Part shown: in pieces, positions 51,922 to 60,800 of the stretch | Layout of the letters: each line of letters begins with the position of its first letter | Numbering within the stretch: position 1 is the first letter of the stretch | From: an uncultured virus (IMG/VR IMGVR_UViG_2600255157_000003) | Lineage: Duplodnaviria > Heunggongvirae > Uroviricota > Caudoviricetes | IMG/VR virus record: IMGVR_UViG_2600255157_000003 | Reading direction: 5' to 3' (one strand) | Length of the DNA: 64,000 bases | Notes under the pieces: model-generated | Seen by the model: only the letters and a program-made list of their open reading frames with translations | What the model was told of the DNA's origin: nothing | Database searches by the model: none | Program-made: the position numbers and the translations under genes

Positions 51922-52861
51922 TATTTACCTCAATTTGTGGAGTTTCAATAAACTTAGCCAATAATCCTTCGTGGTAAAAAATTTTGTCATTTTCAGTAAC
52001 ATCTTCTCCAAGAAACTTTCTTAAAACAATTGGTAACGCATAATTATCTAAACATTTAAACTCTATCTCTGCATTACCATTCTCATCAATAATTTCTTTA
52101 TAATATCCATCTGTCCTAACAATTTTATGAAGTATAAACAATTCTGTTTTTAACGGAACAGGCATATCTTTCATGCCATTGCGAATTGCAAACACGATTC
52201 TTTCTTGTTTATTTTTGTCCATATCAGACACATCAACCACAATTTCATCATTGGAAAAGAATACAACTCGATCCATTGAAATAAACACTTCTGTTAAATA
52301 TGTCAATGCACCATCCATAAGGTATTTTTCATATGTGATATGTCTCTTAGGATTACAATTACCCAAAATAACCTGACGAATATATTTACTATTGATTATG
52401 TGCTGATTACCTGTATATCTCCCAATAAACTCTTCCCAAGATTCTGCCCCACCAAAAATATCTGAATTGTAATGTTGTAAAGAAGAAAAATTAGCTTTTC
52501 TCATATCAATGCTGATAAAACATTTACCATCATTTGAAGACTTAAATATATCTTTATTTGGAAGATTTTTATGTGTAACAGCATACTTGTTCATATCCTC
52601 TTCATTAAACTTATGATATGCTTCTGTATTTTTAATATCCAAAATAGCAGCATCTTTTACACGATTGTATTCTTCAAAATAATCCTGTTCACAATTATAT
52701 TTGGATAGTTCGCTTAAAAAGATATCCCACTTTTTAAGTGTCCCATAGAACTTATCATATAGTGTCAATCTATCAGTAAAATATGGTTCCTGGAATATCC
52801 TGATTGGAATATTACGATCTTTACAGAATCTCTCTTTTGCTCTTGTAGACACTTCCATCAT
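51905..52861 (-). CDS. Protein with polymerase-palm-like acidic motifs
   Basis: FISIDMRKANF and FFSNDEIVV resemble polymerase motifs A and C. Confidence 0.45.
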   Translation of the reverse strand: MMEVSTRAKERFCKDRNIPIRIFQEPYFTDRLTLYDKFYGTLKKWDIFLSELSKYNCEQDYFEEYNRVKDAAILDIKNTEAYHKFNEEDMNKYAVTHKNLPNKDIFKSSNDGKCFISIDMRKANFSSLQHYNSDIFGGAESWEEFIGRYTGNQHIINSKYIRQVILGNCNPKRHITYEKYLMDGALTYLTEVFISMDRVVFFSNDEIVVDVSDMDKNKQERIVFAIRNGMKDMPVPLKTELFILHKIVRTDGYYKEIIDENGNAEIEFKCLDNYALPIVLRKFLGEDVTENDKIFYHEGLLAKFIETPQIEVNIDEKN

Positions 52862-53889
52862 ACCTCTCCCTTCACAATTCTCTCATTCACATACATCTTA
52901 AACTCATTAATTCTTTTATGATCTGGCACATCAGGAAGAGAGGTATTATTTTTAGCATAATCAAATCTCTTCTCATATTCATTCAGTAAATCATAAAATT
53001 CAGCAGTCGGTTGCCTATTTTCATCTAAAAACTCACCGTTGCGAATACTCATAAGTAAGTCATGCTCATCCGTCCTATATGTGATAATTTCTTCTTTTTC
53101 AAGAATATCAATACACATCATATATAATCTCAATAAATGAGCACAATGCTTTCCCAATTTATCATGGCTGATTGCTTTCTCGTTTCGTTTGCCAATTTTG
53201 TTATAACTGCTTACAATCGCCTTCATTTCATTCCACATACCAGTCCAATCTCTCAGCGGATAATTACGAAGATTAATACTCATAAAGATTTCTGATTCCA
53301 TATCATCCCTATTTGACGGAGCTGTAAAAAGCATAAGACTGTCATCTTCTCCAAATGGTACATATCTATAACGAAAATTATATGCTGCATTTTTAATGCT
53401 CTTTAATATATATTCTTCATTCTGTGCCTGACCTACTAATCTTGCGGCTTTGTTTTCCATTCTACGAAGCTGGCTACCAGCATATCCTCCAAATGTATGA
53501 ATACAAATTTTAGACAAGAACATTTTTCTATTTTCCAAAAGTTCTTTTCCAATATTTGATAAACGTAAATAATGTTCTGGCTTGCAGCCTAAAATCTCCA
53601 CTGTGTTAGGATTGTTGGATGTAAGTAATTGAATCATTTTATTAAATGAATATATCGTAGTGTCAGTATCTGCATTCACGACCTGCTCAAAATCTGTTCC
53701 TAACAGAATGTCTTTCTTAGAATTTAAGGCGATCCCTCGCACATCTAAGTCAGATCCTTCTTTATCCATTCCATAGGCGTGACTTCCTCCGAGAGTCAAA
53801 AGAATGATATTATCACCTAAATTCTTATCTTCTCTCAGGAAGTCATATTCACTTGTTTTCAATTTCTCTTTAATCTGTTCAAGATTCAT
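52858..53889 (-). CDS. Pol-beta superfamily nucleotidyltransferase
   Basis: GGSHAYG, SDLDVRG, NPNTVE, KHCAHLLRL. Confidence 0.82.
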   Translation of the reverse strand: MNLEQIKEKLKTSEYDFLREDKNLGDNIILLTLGGSHAYGMDKEGSDLDVRGIALNSKKDILLGTDFEQVVNADTDTTIYSFNKMIQLLTSNNPNTVEILGCKPEHYLRLSNIGKELLENRKMFLSKICIHTFGGYAGSQLRRMENKAARLVGQAQNEEYILKSIKNAAYNFRYRYVPFGEDDSLMLFTAPSNRDDMESEIFMSINLRNYPLRDWTGMWNEMKAIVSSYNKIGKRNEKAISHDKLGKHCAHLLRLYMMCIDILEKEEIITYRTDEHDLLMSIRNGEFLDENRQPTAEFYDLLNEYEKRFDYAKNNTSLPDVPDHKRINEFKMYVNERIVKGEV

Positions 53890-53906
53890 TCTCTCAATCC
53901 TCTCTT

Positions 53907-54425
53907 CTATCTACATTCTTCAAATACAATAATCTTAAACACAGGTTTAAAATGTGGATTTTTTGTAATCACTCCCAGTTCTTGAAGTTTTACCAATTCT
54001 GCTTTCACCTTACCAGAATATTTTTCAATATCAGACACATTAAATATTTCTGTATCGAAACTATGGAACTGTCCAAAAATAACTTTTCATATTGTTTGTC
54101 TTTTTCTCCGATAGCACCACTCAAAAATCAGTTACATAGCCCGCTATGCGCCTGATTTTTGAGCGGCACTCTCGAAGAAAAATCCTGCGCACTATTAAAA
54201 AGTTATTCCTTAACAGTTCCTATATTCATCACCAGAAGCCAAGATATATCCAAAATATAAATGTGAACCACTCATCGGATCATCAAAAAACTGAATTTCA
54301 CCCTTGCATTGATTACAAATATAATCTTCTCCATCATCCGACCACTTCCAATCTTTAAATTTATCTGTTTCGTTGCCAGTCAAATCATAACCAGCTATAA
54401 CGTAACAATGACTTTCCATACTCAT
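53907..54425 (-). pseudogene. Phage gene split by a MITE
   Basis: Removing the MITE and one TSD copy restores ...GDEYSFDTEIF...FEECR*. Confidence 0.8.
54065..54220. mobile_element. 156-bp MITE with ISAzo13-type ends
   Basis: 23-bp IRs (19/23 match) starting GGAACTGT; TSD TAT (54062-64 / 54221-23); internal hairpin. Confidence 0.85.
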
Positions 54426-54459
54426 AACTTCTTTTTTTCTCCTCCTATGAAATGCAAGT

Positions 54460-55126
54460 TTACTCTACTCCACCTTTTCTAATAATACTCTCAAATACTC
54501 GTGTTCCTATTGCTCTGTAATACTTATGCGGAACTTTTATTGTAGACATTTTTCTTGATTTCGTTTTCATTTCAGTTATGACACTTTCTATGTCGTAAGC
54601 CGTTTTTTCTTTATCTAATAAAGAAATTACGTCTTCATAAGGCGCACCAGCTTTTACCAATGCTTGTAAAAAATTTTTAAACTCATCTGCATCAATTAAT
54701 CTCATTTAAACACCTCATCAAATTTTCATAATGCCTGTCTATACATTCTCTAAATTCTTTGCCGCATCTCTTATAACTCTTATTTGATTTGATTTTAATA
54801 TCAGCACCATAGTATCCAAGTGCCTGTCCCTTATGTATACAACTCTTCTCTTTATCACTATCGAAGCAGTAACAGATATACGAATCATACATATATGATG
54901 GTTCAATACCAAATAGGATTCTGAAACTGTTATCTTTTAATTCTATTTTGAAATCAAAACCGCCAATATCATTGACAGTTTCATCATTTAATGAATTTAA
55001 AATATCTTCAAAGAATAACTTCACAACCTCATTAAACTTTTTATTATCTGTCCATTCGTTGTCAAAAATTACTGGCAATGGATTACCAAGACCAGCACAA
55101 ACATTTCCTATCAATCTTCTACGCAT
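54460..55126 (-). CDS. Two hypothetical ORFs (54460-54705 MRLIDAD-type; 54692-55126)
   Basis: Typical phage N-terminus; RBSs. Confidence 0.55.
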
Positions 55127-55141
55127 TATCTCCTCTGTAGT

Positions 55142-55618
55142 TTATGGCATAATCCTAATAATCTCTTTACCACATTTTTCAGCATATCTTACGCAATTAC
55201 AAGTACCACCCTTAGAGCCATCCCACACAGCAATTACTTTATCAGCTAAATCAACCATATATTCATTTCTCTTTTGCATTAGCCAAGGTTTATATTCTTC
55301 ATCTGACACAATTTTTACTGTATCTGCTTTGGATAAAATATCATTGTACAAATCAACACTTTCTTTGATCCATTTGCATGAATGATTTTTACATGGGATT
55401 GCACAGTGAAGTTTTATATCATATCCTTCTTCTTTTAATTCTAAAACCGCTAATGCAAATACAGTATCAACTCCTAGTGCCATGCCTGTAATCGCTTCAT
55501 CACATTTATTTTCTACAAGCAACTTCTTGAATTTTTCTTTTAACTCAGTCCATTTCTGATTATAAATATCATATCCATACATTTTATTTGGTCTGTGACC
55601 TGTAACACATATTTTCAT
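55142..55618 (-). CDS. YspA-like SLOG-family protein
   Basis: CVTGHRP, TGMALGVD, RNEYMVD, WDGSKGGT. Confidence 0.85.
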   Translation of the reverse strand: MKICVTGHRPNKMYGYDIYNQKWTELKEKFKKLLVENKCDEAITGMALGVDTVFALAVLELKEEGYDIKLHCAIPCKNHSCKWIKESVDLYNDILSKADTVKIVSDEEYKPWLMQKRNEYMVDLADKVIAVWDGSKGGTCNCVRYAEKCGKEIIRIMP

Positions 55619-55775
55619 TACTCACCATCCTGTTCACGTGGTTCCAATCCCATTAGCATCCGCAGTACATCTTCTTCTATTAGATTTGTGTTTGCTTTGG
55701 TTTCTCTTCCAAAAGCGTCTTTAATAACAATATTAATATCTCTCAAATAAACTCCTCCTTTAATCAAGATATAAA

Positions 55776-57260
55776 TCACTCTCTCCCAATTTTCAAGTCA
55801 AGAGCAAACGTATTCAATTTTTTCAATTTGTCACACGGAATTATTTTCTCAATTGTCTTATATATATCACTTCTACATTTGTTACATAAAACCATTTCAA
55901 TTGGTAATAAATCGGATGGTTCACTTTCTATAAAAGTTGCAGCTATTGGGACACTAAATATTTTATTATTACATTCATTCCCACATAGATCACAAAAATA
56001 TCTAATCAATTAATCACTTCCTTAATTATTCTATTTGAGCAGAACACTCTTCCCCATACTATGTTTTTAACAAAAATACCTATTTCCATACATCGAATTT
56101 CCCTGCTCACTTTGTTTAGTTTCTTCTTGTTGCATTAATTTATCAAATTTCTCAAATATCATGTCATTTATCTCACTTCTATCAATATAAGTATCTCCAT
56201 TTCGAAAATGTGCAATTAATTTACTATCGTCAACCAATTCTAATTTTAAGTCAACATCTCCTTCGACATAAAAACGACATTTCTTCATTGAATTTACAAT
56301 ATAATCTTTCAAATGCCTGGGAATATATTGAACATTCGTCAATATCACATGATAATTCAAGTATATTGTATATATATTCCTTATAAAATTTATTCTTTGA
56401 TATACATTTTCCCCAGTTATTGTGTTCAAAACGATCGATAAATACTTTTAAAGTAATATTGATAGGTGTTACTACCATTTCTGTATGGTTCAAATTAATA
56501 TATTCTTTATAGTAACCATAAATCATATGCCTTAAATCGTCCCATAACATTGTATTTACTTTTTTTGAGAAGTGTTTTGCACATTTTAAATAATAATTTT
56601 CGTCATATTTTATCCCGCCAAAATATTTATAAAGAACAAGTTTGTATCCACAAGGGCATTCAAATTCAAAATCTTCTTCATTAATTGAAATACTTTTTAC
56701 TTCATGCTCGTAAACTTCACTTACGGAGCCACAACATGGGCACGTTTTTTTTGCATATGGTATTTGTTTTTTTCTTTTTTTACTATTATCAACCAATATT
56801 TTAGGCATTTTACTCATCTTCTTTCTTAATATAAGCAACTTACTGATTATTCCACGTTAAGGAGCACTATCCATGTACAGACGGCTCTCAAAAGTGTGCT
56901 GGTGACTCTTTGGGGCAAAATATTCAACCTGCCGATAAATCGCAGATTTCAAAGCTATACTTCTTCTTCACAAACAAACATTTCATCAAATACCTTTAGA
57001 ACACCTATAAAGTCTTCAAGCATTGGCATATACTTTACATTGATATACTGATCATCTTTTGCCGTATCAAGTGACACAAACGGAGCAAAAGACGCTTCTC
57101 CTTGATCAAGGCATAATACTCCAAGAGAAATACCATCTTTATTCAATTGAAAATGATAGTGATCTTTACTATTCATAATCTTGATAGTAACTTCACATCC
57201 AGTTTTTCTTTTCAATGTCTCCGCAAACACCTTATAATTTTTTACTTTCATAATTTCCAT
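55776..57260 (-). CDS. Hypothetical ORFs (55776-56009, 56067-56838 in two overlapping frames, 56955-57260)
   Basis: The 56067-56429 / 56251-56838 overlap suggests one frameshifted gene. Confidence 0.45.
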
Positions 57261-57307
57261 ATCGTTTTTTCTCCTTTTCTTTTTCTACTTGAAACGTGGG
57301 ATTCAAG

Positions 57308-58237
57308 TCATTCTATATAACTAAAAATATGTGCAATTACATCAACACACCACCCATTACCAATTGCTTCAAATCTTCTTGTTTTAGGAACACAATCCGT
57401 ATAATTATCTGGCAACGTCTGGAGTCTTTCTATTTCTACAGGACATGTCTTTTTATATGTATTATTACCAAGCCATAGATTAAACTTTGTTTCTGTTCTA
57501 CATCTTGGGACTGTTGGTGCTTTAGAATCTGGAAAATATGCTCTATCCTGCTGAGAGTAATACCCATGTCCTCCCAAATCATATTTCACATAATTTTTTG
57601 ATATTATCATTGTTTTTCCAATTCTTTCATCAACTTTTATGAGCGAAGGATCATTGACAATAATATCTTTAAACAACAACCCTTTATCTCTAGGCTGTTC
57701 TATATTTGGTATGTTTGTCCAGTAATTGCGTTTCCTTCTCTGTGCAGATACTAATGCAGCATCTATCATTATAGGTTTAACACCTAATTGATTTGATATT
57801 TCTAATAAAATATTATCTGGTATTCCTTCATTATTTTCATACAAAAAATATTTAGGTTTAACAGTTTTGATGCACTCAACATACTTCATAAAAAGTTTCC
57901 AACCCGTACCATTGGTATCTAATTCTTTTTTAGATTTTGCTGTTTTATTACATTTAGCTTTTGACCAAAAAGTACAAGGTGAACCGCCAATTACTATATC
58001 TATATTTTTATCAATGAATTCTGTGAAACTGGAGTCAAAAACATCACCGCATTGCACAGTATTTGGATAATTTTTCATTGTAATCTTTATAGCATTTGTC
58101 TCAATTTCAAAAGCATAATATTTTTTCACCTTTATTCCAACTCTCTCAAATGCAACTTGCCCACAGCTTATGCCATCAAACAAACTTAATACTGTTAATC
58201 CTTCCTCTTTTAAACTAAATCTTTCAATGGGAGTCAT
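57308..58237 (-). CDS. C5-cytosine DNA methyltransferase
   Basis: LSLFDGISCG, GGSPC, YENN, QRRKR, IGNGW. Confidence 0.9.
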   Translation of the reverse strand: MTPIERFSLKEEGLTVLSLFDGISCGQVAFERVGIKVKKYYAFEIETNAIKITMKNYPNTVQCGDVFDSSFTEFIDKNIDIVIGGSPCTFWSKAKCNKTAKSKKELDTNGTGWKLFMKYVECIKTVKPKYFLYENNEGIPDNILLEISNQLGVKPIMIDAALVSAQRRKRNYWTNIPNIEQPRDKGLLFKDIIVNDPSLIKVDERIGKTMIISKNYVKYDLGGHGYYSQQDRAYFPDSKAPTVPRCRTETKFNLWLGNNTYKKTCPVEIERLQTLPDNYTDCVPKTRRFEAIGNGWCVDVIAHIFSYIE

Positions 58238-58362
58238 GAACCCATGAAAGATTCCTAAATAACAAATTAGAGAAAGGATATAACAAGTAATTCCGGATAA
58301 GTTAGCGTTGCAACGCCTTGTAGATAAGGCATTTGAAAAGTAATAATAAAAGATTTATTCTA
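58211..58362. other. Putative invertible segment carrying the methyltransferase leader and start
   Basis: Sites TAAAC-taaatc-TTTCA and TAAAA-gattta-TTCTA have reverse-complementary cores; inversion gives in-frame MKSNNKRFSLKEEG. Confidence 0.6.
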
Positions 58363-58677
58363 TTGCCACTCTATTATTTCTCCAACAAACTTCTGAATTA
58401 ACTCATTTACGTTAGCTGGATATGTTTTTACCACATAATTTGTATCAACCACTATTTTTATTATGATGCTATTGTTATCGAAATTAATACCTCCAACTGT
58501 ACCTCCAGGCACTCTAATAGCAAGACACTTTTGATTTTTACACCATTCATCTGCTAATATGTAATGATGAAACATATCATAGTAATGTTGTTTGGAGATG
58601 CCAGAAATGTCATCTAACTCTTTAGTCAAATCGCATCTGTACTCATTACAGCCCGACATACGCTGTTCTAATTTCAA
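58360..58677 (-). CDS. Hypothetical protein
   Basis: GGAGG RBS, 105 aa. Confidence 0.55.
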   Translation of the reverse strand: MKLEQRMSGCNEYRCDLTKELDDISGISKQHYYDMFHHYILADEWCKNQKCLAIRVPGGTVGGINFDNNSIIIKIVVDTNYVVKTYPANVNELIQKFVGEIIEWQ

Positions 58678-58716
58678 TCTTTTGCCTCCATTTATAATTT
58701 TTCAGGAATTACCGAC

Positions 58717-58826
58717 TTGATTAAGTCATAAAGAATTGTTATAATCAGATTTATCAAGACGGTTTTCCGTTTTGTTACTTATAGACATCCTGTCCACTCG
58801 CCAAAGTATCAGGATGTCTATTTTTA
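58717..58826 (+). ncRNA. Putative sRNA gene, copy 2
   Basis: TTGATT-N17-TATAAT promoter; 12-bp stem 58781-92/58810-21 with TCGCCAAA loop and T run. Confidence 0.6.
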
Positions 58827-58837
58827 GTTTTCTACAT

Positions 58838-59227
58838 TCAAAAATATCTTTTCGCATCACTAGGCGTGTGTATATCATTTGGTTTTATCATTACTTTTCT
58901 TGAAAAGTAATAGTTTTCATCACATTTCAAAACATACATAAATGTCATATCTCCAAAATCATCAATTACCTTTCCTGCCATATGTCCAAAATAAATTGCA
59001 TCCTTATTTAATGGCTTAAAACAGCATAATCTACCTAATGGTATCTCACACTCAATCTTCTCTGTTTTATTTTCTTCTCTCTGACTATGTTCAAATGCCC
59101 TCAGTTCATCTTTTCCGATCCATTTTACCCATGCACCGCAATCATCACAATACAATCCGGTATTATTACCTTTTACTTCTGTATGTAGTGATATACTTCC
59201 ACATTTCTTACAACAATTTTGGTACAC
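58838..59227 (-). CDS. Zn-ribbon hypothetical protein
   Basis: CKKCGS..GLYCDDCGAWVKW. Confidence 0.6.
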   Translation of the reverse strand: MYQNCCKKCGSISLHTEVKGNNTGLYCDDCGAWVKWIGKDELRAFEHSQREENKTEKIECEIPLGRLCCFKPLNKDAIYFGHMAGKVIDDFGDMTFMYVLKCDENYYFSRKVMIKPNDIHTPSDAKRYF

Positions 59228-59322
59228 AAACTCACCTTCCTTCCAGTTAAAATGTTTCTTTCATCTATTGATTTCTGGAAATATTTTGTTATACTTAATT
59301 TATAACGCAAAAGGAGGACGAC

Positions 59323-59457
59323 ATGATCGAGAAAGTTTTTTCATACCCCTCTGCGATGCAAAGTATAATATTAATTTATCGAAGTTCTTCGCCAAAATTT
59401 CAGCGTTATGCCAAAGTAGTCTTTGGGAGGGGTTCCTCTGGCGAACAAAAAGAGTGA
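59323..59457 (+). CDS. 44-aa peptide in its own transcription unit
   Basis: TTGATT-N16-TATACT promoter, AAGGAGG RBS, terminator 59444-59481. Confidence 0.55.
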   Translation: MIEKVFSYPSAMQSIILIYRSSSPKFQRYAKVVFGRGSSGEQKE

Positions 59458-59481
59458 CTATTGATAGTTGCTCTTTTTGTT
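59444..59481. terminator. Bidirectional intrinsic terminator
   Basis: AACAAAAAGAGTGACTAT-TG-ATAGTTGCTCTTTTTGTT. Confidence 0.8.
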
Positions 59482-60168
59482 ATATATGAAACCTTCGTTC
59501 TATTGGATATCACGGTTCACTTTTTCAAATTTGTACACCTTCTTTACTTCTCCCTCTTGTTCGTGCAAATAATCATAGTTTGCATCTATTTGTCCCTCTA
59601 CAAACGATGGCCATAACCATGCAAAAAAGAATCATACCTGTGATACTGATTCAATCTGACTTTTAATGCAATCTTCTGTAAATTCATAGGCAAGATCATG
59701 AAATCTTTTAAGATATTTCTCTTTCATTTTTACTGCTTCTTCTGTCTCAGTAGCTCCATCAAAACAATCTTGAGTAAATGTTTTAATTTTCATATTCTCT
59801 GGATAGCCTTCTAAACTATTTTTCATATATTCTCACTTTCTTCCTACTTTAAACGGAAATTTTAAAGACCTATATCATTGGAAATCTTGAAAACATTTTA
59901 CCAATGTCACTAATACTTTTGATAACTGCACATTCCACCTTTTCTTTTTCAACAAATTTCTTTAGATCCTCTTTCTTTCTGTGAAAGTGACAGCTTCAAT
60001 TCTGAAATCTCAGAATTTTTATTATTGATTTCATATTGCAGCCTTCTAATTTCGGAACGAAACTTAATCCTCTCTTTTTCACAAGCAATATCTTTTGCTG
60101 ATTTCTTTCTCTCCATAACATCTCATACCTTTCTCAATCTTTTCTCATCAAAACAACCTGAATTTTCA

Positions 60169-60505
60169 TTGACAAATAAATATAATTATTTTATAATTAA
60201 CTTGTCCTATACGGACAGGAAAGGATGTGGTCTAATTGAAGAAACTAATAAAAAGGTTTTTGACCCATCCTGGACATAATTCTTGATTATCATACATATA
60301 CAAAACAGAATGCACTTTGTACCATATGATTTTTTGTGTATAGTCATAAAAACCAGACGGTTTTTAAATACATTATGTATTAGTCAGTGTCGTGACATTT
60401 TTTCAAAATGAATTAATATTTTTAAGCGTGTATGTAATCAAATGTCTGAATTGTGTCATCATATGGTATCTTGTAAATAAATCGGGCGACACACCGATTT
60501 ATTTT
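60169..60505 (+). pseudogene. Independent + strand unit: decayed ~80-aa gene or structured RNA
   Basis: TTGACA-N17-TATAAT, RBS, TTG at 60236, broken frames, terminator ~60475-60505. Confidence 0.45.
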
Positions 60506-60524
60506 ATTCATTGAAACTCGTGAT

Positions 60525-60788
60525 TCATCGTTTTGCGAAACTACTTTTTATGCTCTCCATTCCACAATTATGTTTACAATTGCCACACATTGTTGTGTGT
60601 CTCCAATCGCAAATTTCTTTTGCGCTGCATTGGCAACCCAAACTTGAATTGTATATGTTATATCCATCTTTATTTTTATTACTTTCCATAATATTCAAGC
60701 AGACAAATATAAACAATAAGACAGGAACTAATATCAATCCAACTAATAATACTACTAATAATATTTGACCCATTGTCACATTCTCCAT
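60525..60788 (-). CDS. Small membrane-anchored Cys-rich protein
   Basis: N-terminal TM segment; C-terminal Cys cluster. Confidence 0.55.
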   Translation of the reverse strand: MENVTMGQILLVVLLVGLILVPVLLFIFVCLNIMESNKNKDGYNIYNSSLGCQCSAKEICDWRHTTMCGNCKHNCGMESIKSSFAKR

Positions 60789-60800
60789 ACTTTATAAAAA

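Noticed and set aside
53948..53963. Junction-like element TAAAA-tgtgga-TTTTT, and similar weak matches at 36721, 44417, 47807, 47844 and 60795
   Set aside because: Degenerate or inside coding sequence; compatible with chance in AT-rich DNA, so not counted.
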